Origin: Octopus vulgaris
Taxonomy: Eukaryota
Assembly (NCBI GenBank): GCA_951406725.2
Contig: OX597835.1
Coordinates: 27,652,001 to 27,716,000, forward strand
Length of the DNA: 64,000 nt
Direction: 5' to 3'
The notes under the pieces were generated by a model. That model saw only the letters and a program-made list of their open reading frames with translations, was not told the origin of the DNA and made no database searches. Position numbers and translations under genes: made by a program. Below are positions 14,141 to 26,100 of the stretch, in pieces (positions within the stretch are counted from its first letter, which is position 1; each line of letters opens with the position of its first letter).

Positions 14141-14470
14141 ACGTATGGCTCAGTGGTTAGCGCGTTGGGCTCACAACCATGAGATAGTGAGTTCGATTCC
14201 TGGACCGGGCTGCGTGTTGTGCTCTTGAGCAAGACACTTTATTTCATGTTGCTCCAGTTCACTCAGCTGTAGAAATGAGTTGCGATGTCACTGGTGCCAA
14301 GCTGTACCGGTCCCTTTGCCTTTCCCTTGGACAACATTAGTGGCATGGAAGAGGGAAGGTTGGTATGCATGGGTCTTCCATAAACAACCTTGCCCAGATT
14401 TGTGCCTCAGAGAACTTTCTAGGTGCAATCCCATGGTCATTCATGACTGAAGGGGGGTCTTCACCCTTTA
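14141..14470 (+). mobile_element. tRNA-derived SINE family E
   Basis: TGGCTCAGTGGTTAG (A box), GTTCGATTCC (B box) and CTTGAGCAAGACACTT core. 3' part also at about 29685-29850; related heads at about 42660-42912 and 44290-44550. Confidence 0.75.
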
Positions 14471-14712
14471 TATATATATAATGTGCTGCTTTCATTGTCT
14501 GAACAGATCCATAGTGTGCCATATGCCAGGGGTGAAAGTGATCGTAGAGAAATGCAAGATAGAGTATTTTGCTCAAGAAAATAAAGCATCACCCAGTCCA
14601 GGAATTGAAACCAGGATCTTGCAATATCCTAACCACAAGGTCATGTGCCCTCACACATATACATATATAATGCAAAAACACACTGCAGACTGTGATTCAC
14701 AGGCTGGTACTG

Positions 14713-15022
14713 GTCTGGTGACTCCTACCCTAAGTCATATGCTTCAGGACCCATGAGTCTGTACGCTTGAGACAGTCTGGTGACTCCTACCCTAAGTCAT
14801 ATGCTTCAGGACCCATGAGTCTATAGGCTTGAGACAGTCTGGTGACTCCTACCCTAAGTCATATGCTTCAGGACCCATGAGTCTATAGGCTTGAGACAGT
14901 CTGGTGACTCTTACCCTAAGTCATATTCTTCAGGACCCATGAGTCTGTACGCTTGAGACAGTCTGGTGACTCCTACCCTAAGTCATATGCTTCAGGACCC
15001 ACGAGTCTGTAGGCTTGAGACA
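14713..15022. repeat. 62-bp minisatellite, 5 near-identical copies
   Basis: Unit GTCTGGTGACTCCTACCCTAAGTCATATGCTTCAGGACCCATGAGTCTGTACGCTTGAGACA starts at 14713, 14775, 14837, 14899 and 14961. Confidence 0.95.
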
Positions 15023-15340
15023 GACTTTAGCATTCCCCCCACCCTATCAGGGTGGATCAAGAGATGAAGTTTAGTTGACTGACCACTGTAGTCTCCAGGC
15101 TCAACATCACTAATTTTTTTCTATTTTCTTATTCTTTTTTTTTCAATTTTGTTGTTGGAATATAGGGATCATATGCACTCTGTAGGCCACACGAATTGAC
15201 CAAGAACAATGGATGTCTAAAAGGATTAAATCATATCTGCTGAAATACAAATGAAGCAAACATGTAACATATTTTCTAAATATGCAAATTTTGGGACTGC
15301 CCTGTATGTACACATATATAAAGACATGTATGTGTGTGTG

Positions 15341-15395
<55 letters not shown>

Positions 15396-15505
15396 GATGT
15401 ACATATATATATATAACTGTGCATATACACACACATACACACACACATATATATGTATACACAAATTCATATACACACATATAAATGTACATATATATAT
15501 ATATA

Positions 15506-15541
<36 letters not shown>

Positions 15542-15594
15542 TATATACACATATATATATATATACATACACATATAGATATACATATATATAT

Positions 15595-15661
<67 letters not shown>

Positions 15662-16106
15662 CATGCATACACACACACACACACATATATACATAGATGC
15701 AGTCAAATGACTTAAATGAGTAAAAAAGTAAAAGAATATATATACATATATATTTATATATTTACATATAAATAGTCATATATAGAGATACATAAAATAT
15801 ACATACACATATATATGTATACACATACACACACATGTGTATATACATATATATATGAACATACATATGCACAGTACATTTACATACACGAAACAAATAT
15901 ATATATCTATGGCAAACAAACAGATAAATAAATTAAGAAAAAAACTAAATGAATAAATAAAGCATATAAACTGATACGGCATCACCAAAGAACATCAGCA
16001 ACTAAACAGAATTTCAAATGCAAACTGTTTTAATAGTTTAAAAAAAGGTAGAAGAATTAAGCATCTAGCATTCTCTATAGTTAGAGTTAAATACACATTA
16101 ACGAAC

Positions 16107-16139
16107 CTGTTATAATCATCAGCTTCGTCATTGGAACAA
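16107..16139 (-). CDS. unc-13: 33-nt phase 2-2 microexon: (S)CSNDEADDYN
   Basis: ctaattccttactttccag|TTGTTCCAATGACGAAGCTGATGATTATAACAG|gttcgt. Branch-like CTAAT present. Paralogous to 36611-36640. Confidence 0.65.
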
Positions 16140-16329
16140 CTGGAAAGTAAGGAATTAGACAAATTGTTGAAATGAATCAACGTGCAAAGAAATTATTTCG
16201 TCTCTCTTTTTTTTTTTTTTCTGCAATGGTTTTTCCCTGTAAGAGACTTTTGGAAATTGGTAAATGAAATGGAAAGGGCCATGTATTTATTTTGATGTGG
16301 TTCTCTGTATTATGTGTATGTGAGAGGGT

Positions 16330-16660
16330 GAGAGAGAGATGGAAAGGCAGAGAGAGAGATGGAGAGGCAGAGAGAGAGAGATGGAGAGGCAGAGAGAGAG
16401 ATGGAGAGGCAGAGAGAGAGATGGAGAGGCAGAGAGAGAGATGGAGAGGCAGAGAGAGAGATGGAAAGGCAGAGAGAGAGATGGAAAGGCAGAGAGAGAG
16501 ATGGAAAGGCAGAGAGAGAGATGGAGAGGCAGAGAGAAAGATGGAGAGGCAGAGAGAGAGAGATGGAGAGGCAGAGAGAGAGAGATGGAGAGGCAGAGAG
16601 AGAAATGGAGAGGCAGAGTGAGAAAGATGGAGAGGCAGAGAGAGATGGAGAGGCAAAGAG
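16330..16660. repeat. 20-bp purine-rich minisatellite (ATGGAGAGGCAGAGAGAGAG)n
   Basis: Directly visible tandem units. Confidence 0.95.
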
Positions 16661-18379
16661 AGGTGGAGAGAGAAGCAAATTTTGAGCGTTAATTAAAATC
16701 TAAATGTTTGAAAGTTATAGTTAAGAAGAGCAAAATGCTGAAGAGTGTGCACACACAGGTGTGTGTATATGTGTGTGTGTTTGTGTGTGTTTGTGTCTGT
16801 GTTTGTGTGTGTGAGTGTGTGAGTGTGTTTGTGTGTTTGTGTGTGAGTGTGTTTGTGTGTGAGTATGTTTGTGTGTGTTTGTGTGTGTCTTTGAGAGAGA
16901 GAGAAGACTGTGTTTGTGTCTGATAAAGAGAGAGATAGACTATATGCAAGTGTGCTGAGAGAGAGAGACTCTGGTGTGTGTGTGTATGTGAGAGTAAGAG
17001 AGACAGAGCTAAAAGTGACGGAAAGGGAAAGAGAGAATCTGAACTCAAATGCTTGAAATTAGAAATCAAACAACAGCAAATGACTGACATTTTTTTTTAT
17101 AAAAATAACCAAGACCCAACTTTTTCAAAATCTCACTTACATCCATGCTGTGCTTGGAATATACATTGCCCCCTCACCCAGCATATGACTGGTACCTTAG
17201 TTTACCAACCACAGAGAGATGAAAATCAAAGTTGACCTCAATAGTAATAATAATAGTAAAATCACTTCAATGTAAATATAGCCACTCTTCAGGTTAAAGA
17301 CAAAAGCAATAAAATAGTTAATTAGATAAATTAATAACTATACGTAAATAATCTTGTAAAATACGAAATATCTTAAAAAATATATTCTTGTTTAAATATT
17401 ATCATTTCTTAAATATAGCCATGAAACATGTGTCGTTATTTTACCAAATTTATACATTTTATTTACTATTTAGCATATTACTTAATCATTGTTATATGTT
17501 TTATCTTATATTTAATCTTTCTATAATATGTAATTTTTCTAAATGGTATAATTTAATTTTTCATTATTGAATTGATAAAAGGTGGTTGATTTCTGATATA
17601 TATATATATATTATATTTTGTGAAATTTGATTTAGTATTTCTAAATTGAATTTTTCCCTGTAAGTTTGGAATAATATTCCCTCATATTATTATTATTATA
17701 TATATTATATAATTATCTAATTTGTTTACTTGCATAACTGCAAATATATACATATATATATATATATATATTGTTTAGGCATATCAATACAAACAACCTG
17801 GTGTTAGAATTCATATGCTTCAAAATATAGTGATAGCCGAGTACAGAGCATAAAAGGAAATTAAATTAATAACAAAGTTACAAGAAATTGTGAAATTGTT
17901 ACATTATGAACTGCATTAGCTTACAGCTGTTTCTGCTAAAAGACATAGTGCACTCAAAACTGAGTGCTTGTGCATCACATTATTACTCTGAAAAAGTGCC
18001 AGCCATCACTTGCAAGCAAGTATGGATTGGTAACATGTACCATGCTTTCAGAAATTGCTTTAGGTGCCTGCATAGTCACAAGCACACAGATATATTCTAG
18101 ACTCTCAGACCTTTCCATGCTGTGGCACAAGCAGTATGTAACAGCTGGAGGGACAGTTTGATGCACAAGCAACCAGCTGCAACACATTCTCATCTGTGTA
18201 GACTTGGGTAATGTGAAATGACGTGCCTTGCTCAAAAAAAAAATACAATGCACTACTTGATCCAAGGATTGAACTCATGGCATTATGGTCATGAGCCGAA
18301 CATATTAATTACAATGATACACACTTTCACCACATACATACATACATTATATGGATACACATATATATGTATCTATGAA

Positions 18380-18431
<52 letters not shown>

Positions 18432-18751
18432 TATTTATACATGGATACAGGCACACAGATACAAAGGCATGAAATTGTAATGATCTTTTTGACATTGACT
18501 GACGAGGGATTAACCATGGATTTTCTTTTTATGTTTTTGCAAAAATTTTCTGTTTGCTGTGTTTTTGCTAAATTTTTTAAATATGAACACGCACACATCA
18601 ATATATGCATATATATCTTAGTCTATTACTGTATTGACCAGACTATTAGACATTGTTATAAACTGCTGATCACAATGCGCTTCCTTGCATTGTTGTAGCT
18701 TACAAATAATACTACACATATTTACACATACATACAAAATATATGTGTGTA

Positions 18752-18790
<39 letters not shown>

Positions 18791-20159
18791 GTGTATATAT
18801 AAATATATATACACACACACACACATGATATAAACGTAGATACAATAAAAAATGTTAAAATTTATTAAAAAAACTTCATGCAATATAAGAAAATTCGCAT
18901 TCTTTGCACATGCCTTTGTTTTCATTAGATTTCAAATAAAGAACAGAAAAAAATATTGATGCAGAGACAGAATATGAAATCCATATATATATATATATAT
19001 ATATGATGTATATGAAAATTTGTTAGCTAGTGAAGATTGGAGAAATCAATATATAGAGAACTGGCAAATGATCACGGCTGTGACCAAACAAATGAAGCTG
19101 ATGCTGTCAGTTTTGTTTTGCATGCTTGCAATGAATTCACGACGGAATTTACAGATGACGGAACATGATTTCGAAGAAGAAGCATTGATTTCTTCATCTC
19201 TATCACAAGATATAGCAATGAAAATTGCTGATAAGTGCTTAATATGACAAATAAAGATAAAAAATATAGAAAGTAAGAAAGGAAATATATGCTAACCAAA
19301 TATTGCACAATTATGGAGAAGCAGCGGATGTGAAGACATTGGTTGACAGTAAACACCAAAATGGATTCAAATAGAAGTCATGGCTGTATAGTTAAGACAT
19401 TTGGTGGGTTCAAAACCCTATGGTTCTAGGTTCAAACCCAATGCCCAGCAGCTTGAGTAAATGGGTTCCACTATAGCCTTGGGTTGATCAAATGTCTTCC
19501 GAGTTGAAATTTTTGATAAGCTGAATCTGTACGGATTCTTATCAAAGATGTGTATAACAATACATACAAACACACACACATACATACATATATATAAATG
19601 CATATTACTATATATTATATAAATATAATTATAGGATATATATACATAACTCTATATATGATATATATATATATATATATAACTATATACATGAGATCTA
19701 TATATATATATATATATCATCATCATAATTGTCTAACGTCTGTTTTCCGTGCTGGCAATGGTTGGACGGTTTGACCAAGGATTGGCAAGCCAGATGGCTG
19801 CACCAGGCTCCAATCTGATCTGGCAGAGTTTCTACAGCTGGATGCCTTCCTAACGCCAACCACTCAGAGTGTGTAGTGGGTACTTTTACGTGCCACCTGC
19901 ATGATGGCCTGTCAGGTGGTACTGGCAACAGCCATGCTCGAATGTTGCATAGTCATATCTCTTGCACACCACATCTGATGCTTCTTATGTCCAACTTTTC
20001 TCTCAAGGCACTTACACTCAGTCGAATATGCACACTGACATTACACATCCAGCAGAGCATACTGGCTTCATTCCTTGCAAGCTTACACATGTTTTTTTCC
20101 ATACCAAAACTAATTGGTAAAATTTATTAATTATTAAATTAACAATTCTTTACCCTATA

Positions 20160-20207
<48 letters not shown>

Positions 20208-20487
20208 CATACAATAGGCTTCTTTCAGTTCCTATTTATCAAATCCACTCACAAGGGTTTGGTCAACCTGAAGCTATAGTAGAAGACACTTACCCAAGAT
20301 GCCCTGCAGAGGGACTGAACCCAGAACCATGTAGTTGGGAAGCAAACTTTTTACTACACACCTAAGTTGAGTGAAAGGTTTTTGGGTTTTTCACTATGAT
20401 TTGTGGCAACTTGTATTCCCACAATTCTTTTTATTTTTCATATATAACATATAAACATTGTCAATTCTTTATTCTACAGCTTTGATA

Positions 20488-20697
20488 ATGAGTGGTGAAA
20501 CAATTGCAAACAGAACCTTGTACACCACCTGTGGATAAAAAAAAGGGACTGAATGCAAGGCCAGCAACAAAAGAAATTGATGATGTGGAAGACCCAGGAA
20601 CTGTCAACAAACAAGTGGCACAAAACTAGTTTAGACATTTCAAGGAAGGCAATACCAGCCAAGAAGTCAAACCAAGGTCAGTAAAGACCTTCTGTTG
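20488..20697 (+). mobile_element. Mariner transposase N-terminal HTH fragment
   Basis: KGLNARPATKEIDDVEDPGTVNKQVAQN*FRHFKEGNTSQEVKPRS matches the mariner WF.RFK.G..SL.D.PRSGRP motif. Confidence 0.7.
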
Positions 20698-20989
20698 TAC
20701 CTTGGGCAAGTATCTTTACTATAGCCTAGGGCTGATCAAAGCCTTGTGAGTGAACTTCATAGATGTACACACATACATAATTATATACATAGCAGGTTTC
20801 TTTCAGTTTCCATCTACCAAATCCACTCGCAAGGCTTTGGTTGGCCTGGTACTAGAATTGAAGACACTTGGCCAAGGTGCCACGTAGTGAGTCTGAAACC
20901 CAGAACTATATGGTTGGGAAGCAAGCTTAAACTTCTTACCACACAGTCATGCCTGTGCCTATAAAAGATTCAGAATTTCATTGAGCCTA

Positions 20990-21061
20990 AGGGGACACCT
21001 GGGATAGAACCGGGGACATCATGATCTGCAGTAGAATGCTCTCCCACTCAGCTATACCTCA
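20990..21061 (-). pseudogene. tRNA-Cys(GCA) pseudogene
   Basis: 72 nt, TGAGGTATAGCTGAGTGGGAGAGCATTCTACTGCAGATCATGATGTCCCCGGTTCTATCCCAGGTGTCCCCT. Colinear with the animal tRNA-Cys sequence as I recall it (about 13 mismatches). Anticodon loop CTGCAGA; stems and T-loop are damaged. Confidence 0.75.
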
Positions 21062-23695
21062 CTACTATGATGGGTTTCTCATTGTTATTGTCTGCCTAAT
21101 TCACCCGTCATCAAGGTTGACTTAACAGTTACATAATAACAAGAACCATAACTTTCTTCTCAACTATCAACAGCCAAACTAGAGAATGAGTAATAATAAC
21201 AACAACACCAACAACAACAACTACAGTGACTTAGTAACAAAATTTCTGCAACACTGAAATACTAAATAGAAGTCACGGTACATTAGATAATCACTCAATA
21301 AAACTTTAAAGCTAGACTAGATAATCATCGTCAAGTTCAAGGTCAATTTGGTTTTCAGACTTCCAGGAACATACTAGAAGAGAATGATTAAAAGCCAAGC
21401 AAGCATTCATTTTCATTGCACTTTCCTAAATTAAATTAAATTATCTTCAAATACTCTTAACATTCTGGAAATTCTTTCTTCTGTAATCTGGATAAAACTC
21501 AGTGTTGAAGACCGCCGAAAACCAATTCTGCCCGAGACTCGTTACAAGATAACGAATTTCAAATAAGGCAGATAACAGACTAATATTCTAATATTGGAGT
21601 CAATAAATCAAAACAACCGATAGTTTTATTAGAAGCATCTGCAGAGATTTGTATATGCATTCAGTTTGGCGGTGTGGTTAAGAATTCACTGCACAACTGT
21701 GTGCTTTCTGGTTCAGTTCCACTGCCCAACACCTTGGAAAAGTATCTTTTACTATAGCCTAGGGCTGACCAAGGCCTTGTAAGTGAACTAGGAAGACAAA
21801 AAATGAAAGAAATAGATCACACATAAACACACACATGCGTGTGTGTGTGGGAGAAAAATTAGTTCAAGTAGAACAATTTGAACTTTTTGGGGAGTCCAAA
21901 AGGTTAGATTTCTAATAAAGATTTTTCATATCAAAATAGTAACTTTCTATTGCAAGTATTTGAAATATGAAAATAAGACAATTAAAAATATGTTATGAGT
22001 ATTAAAGGATAAAATCTTCCATAAACCCAACTAACAGTTAAAAAATGGAGAAGAGATGTTAAAAGTTTTTATAAATTTTTAATCCAATTTATAAAATTTA
22101 TAAAAACTTTTAACATCTTCTCTTCTCCATTTTTTAACTGTTAGTTGGGTTTATAGAGGATTTTTATCTTATAATACTCCATAACACATTGGGCAAGTGT
22201 CTTCTATAATGGCCTCGGGCTGACCAAGACCTTGTGAGTGGATTTGATAGAAACTGAAAGAGGCTCATTCTATGTGTATCATATGTTATCATATAGAGTG
22301 GAAGTTTAATACGAAGTTTTGAACTCATCATCTTGTGGTTAGTAATCCATTCCCTTAAATTTGAAGCCATTCTATCTTTAAACATTATTTTACTGGGTTT
22401 CTAACCACATGTTGCTAGATGTGGTGGGAAAATATTCACAATATTCCATTCTACAAACTACACAGTCCAAGTGAAATTGAGAGAAAAATCAGAGAAAAGA
22501 ACTTCGTCAATAAATTCCAACCCAAACTAAATAAGCAGTAATACTATGACTTAGAGGTACTATTTCTGCTGCTACAACCACTACCACTAACAACAATACT
22601 AAAGGTGCTCATGATGATGATAACAGGATAATATTAGCTAAGTCAAAAGAAAAATGAGTAAAAATAATCTTATTTTGGTGTTTAAAGTTCTGTCACCACA
22701 GCTACTTTTATCACCACTACCACCACCAATAACAACAATGACAACAGTAATAAAAGAGATGATAATGGTGATGATGATAAATGAAATGTAAAAATCCCTG
22801 GGAAATGTTTACAGCATTTCTAAAAATAGCCCAACAATTACTGCTTTGGTCAGGGTCAAAATACAAGTCTCTTGACATATTCAACAAACCGTAATGCCTA
22901 AACCAAACACCAATCAACTTAGGTAATTTAGTAAAGCCACACACTGATTGGTCAGAAAACAGTTTGCAAAAACTAACATTCTGCAACCTGTACAAATGTA
23001 TTTAAGGCACACAGCTTAGCCATCTCACTACAGCTGTAAATTGTAAAACATAACCGTCATCACTACAACATAAACCTGAAGATTGCCTAGTTTAATTCAT
23101 GAAAGTACTAGTTCAGTCAGAATGGACATTTGATATTCTATCGTTTCATTATATTATATTATATTGTAGGTAGTGAGGCTCCGAAAGGTGTCTCAGGGAG
23201 TAGCATCCCTGCCTTCCTGAGTTAGTTTTCCACCACATTCCTTAAAAATCGTGGTAGAGGCTGTGGTCTTAGGACCACTCATGTCTAGAAACTGAGGTTG
23301 GGTAGTAAGCAAGCGCATACTCCTTGTAGAAAATCCAGCTCCAAAAAAGCCTCATGATAGCAGGGGAGAATGGGCACCAGCCAACCCAAAGGTAGGGGTG
23401 GGCTACACCTGCCTGCCTCAGTTGCTATGGCATTAAGGTAGATCCAGCCACCCCTGTTAATGAGGACAAAACCTGGATTTAAAATACTAGATGATGATGA
23501 TATTAACATATATTATTATAAGCTGGTAAATAAAATATGAAAATCAGACAAGGTTGGAATTTCTTTGACTAATATATATATCTATGTGTATATATACATG
23601 GGAAGGTTTACGAAAATAAACAAAAGACGAAGGCAGGTGGTGGAGTACAAACAAACAAATGTATTAGTATAGCGTTCAGAAATAGAAATAGAAAG

Positions 23696-23733
23696 TCTTT
23701 TACGTTTCGAGCCTACGCTCTTCGACAGAAAGA
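23696..23733 (-). ncRNA. Minimal hammerhead motif with CUGUCGA core, in a short Penelope-like repeat (about 23598-23768)
   Basis: TCTTT-CTGTCGA-A-GAGC-GTAG-GCTC-GAAA-CG-TA-AAAGA. Stems I and II pair perfectly. Confidence 0.6.
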
Positions 23734-24255
23734 TACACAGAAAAAAACAAGGAGAGAAAAAAATGCGTATGTATGTATGTGTGTGTGTGTGCATATTATA
23801 CAGATATATCAAACAAAACCAGGATGTTCACAGTCATCATTTGTTTGTAGGTTTGATTCATCTGGGCCAACTAGCATGGTGGTGGTGGCGGTGACAGTGG
23901 TGGTGGAGGTAACTAAACCAATAAAAACAACAACAAGTCTGCCTGATCAGATCTGAGACCAAAGAATCAACCGATAAAACAGACATAACAAACAACAACC
24001 AAACAGTAAACCATTTGCTATGAATAAAAGAAAATCCAGAAAACACAAGCATTTCAAAGCTGTCTGAGAATTTCTGCCGTCATTACTAAATCAAAACACA
24101 AAAAAAAATTACCATCAAAACAACAGCTGAGAAGTTTTTTTTTCAAATAGCAAAGAACAATAACTATTTGAATTTCAATGTGTCCTGTCAACTGATTTTG
24201 TACAGTATTTATAATCTTGATCCCGAGGCTATTTTGATCAGTTTATCTGACTTAA

Positions 24256-24474
24256 CCCTTTAACATTTCACATTTCTATGTTCAATGTAATGTTTATTTA
24301 TTCACATTGCTCTGAATTAATCTTATGTTATCTCATAGCACCGAGATTTCAAAAGCTGTGATTGCTCATTTCCGGAACGACATTGTAGGGTATGTATGAG
24401 AAGTTGAATCCGGCTGGTTCAAATATACAAGGGGATTATTTGGGCTGGGTTTGGCTAGTTTACATGCAAAAGGG
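24256..24474. mobile_element. piggyBac-like MITE
   Basis: TTAA|CCCTTT ... AAAGGG|TTAA termini; interior homologous to 7886-8105. Confidence 0.7.
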
Positions 24475-25031
24475 TTAAAGAAAAAGCAAAATGAATCAAA
24501 GGCGTTAAGCAAGGTTTTTTACTTTGTTCATTGTTTTTTGTTTTTCTCCCCCCCCCCCAACATTCATTCATTATGCAAAAGTCTCAATGAGCCTAAACTG
24601 CTCGACAGCTTAACTTTTGAACTTTTTAAAAAATATTGTATAATATTCTTCTTAATTAATCTTTATTATTCCTGTTTTCAAAATGCTTTGCATATCTTTC
24701 AAAGAAGATAATTTATTCTTGGGAAGAATTTTTTTTGTTTTTTAAAATAATTATTTATGGAAATGCAATTTTCTGATATAATCTTCTATCCATAAAATGT
24801 GAAAAAAACAAACAAACAAACAAACAAACAAAATACTGGCACAGGCGTAGCTGTGTGGTAAGAAGCTTGCTCCCCAACCACAAGATTTCAGGTTCAGTGC
24901 CACTGCGTGGCACGTTAGACAAGTGTCTTCTTCTATAGCCTTGGGCCAACCAAAGCTTTGTGAGTAGATTTGATAGATAGAAACTGAAAGAAGCCCATCG
25001 TATATATATATAGATGTATATATATATATTC

Positions 25032-25068
<37 letters not shown>

Positions 25069-25082
25069 TGTATATACATGTA

Positions 25083-25128
<46 letters not shown>

Positions 25129-25140
25129 TACATGTATATA

Positions 25141-26100
25141 CAGGATGAGATGGGTAAATTGTCACCATTTTATATTTTTAATTTTGTGCATGTGCATTGT
25201 TTGTTTTGATTTTGTTGACTACACAGTATAGTAGGGTCAGTTGGGCACCATCTGTGAGAAAAACAGCACCATGATGTAATTCACTCTGCCAGAAATTTGG
25301 AAATGACATGTTGTACTGCTTCGCATTCGTGCCGGAAGCCCCAATACGAACAAGTCAGAGTGTTTTGGTGTCAATTTGAGAACGGTGCAATCTGAGAACA
25401 GGTACCAAGAGTGATAAAAATCATATATCCAGTCAATAGCATGGTGTTTGGAGTGATCACTAGCGATGGCAACGTTATGCCTCCATTCATCTTCCCACAT
25501 GGTCTCTAATTCAACACGGAGGCCTACATCAAGTGCCTGGAGGACGTAGTGCTGCCCTGGGTCAGGAAGGTGGCTGTTAGAAGATACTGTGTCTGGCAAC
25601 AGGACTCTGCACTATGCCACACAAACAAGAAAAACCAGTCATGGGTGTCAGACAATTTCTGCGACTACATCACCCCTAACATCTGGCCACCTAACTCCCC
25701 AGACTGCAACCTCCTTGATTATTATGTGTTGGGTGTAGTTGAGTGAGAGACCAACAAAACTTCTTGTAACACCAAAGAAGAACCGAAGGCAAGGATTATG
25801 GCAGCATTCACCAACTTAAACAAGGAGACCATCTAGAAGTGTTGCAGGAGATTCTGAAGTCGTCTGGAGGCCGTGGTTGAAGCCGATGGCAATTTTATTG
25901 AATGTATTTATTCTTTCATGAAGTATATTTGCCACCTAAATGTGGCTAACCCTTAAGGGTCGATGCTATTGTAGCTTGTAGTCCCAAGAAGACATCTCCT
26001 CCAGCTGGTTATTGACACACTATCTGTGCCCTATCAGTTTTGATGTAATTTTGGTAAATATGTATGTTAAAATGAGATGTCAGTGTTACTTTCATTTTTG
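25141..26100 (+). mobile_element. Decayed, internally deleted maT (DD37D, Bmmar1-like) DNA transposon
   Basis: TA then CAGGATGAGATGGGTAAATTGTCACC left end. Relic frames MVFGVITSDGNVMPPFIF and WQQDSALCH...WPPNSPDCNLLDY, with 37 aa between the last two catalytic Asp. In-frame stops; right TIR not found. Confidence 0.85.

Noticed and set aside
14713-15022. CRISPR-like or ribozyme reading of the 62-bp array
   Set aside because: Units are contiguous with no unique spacers, the context is eukaryotic, and there is no CUGANGA plus GAAA pairing on either strand.
18494-18520. CTGACGA hammerhead-like core (also at about 57345)
   Set aside because: No properly placed stem II closure, GAAA or stem I partner.
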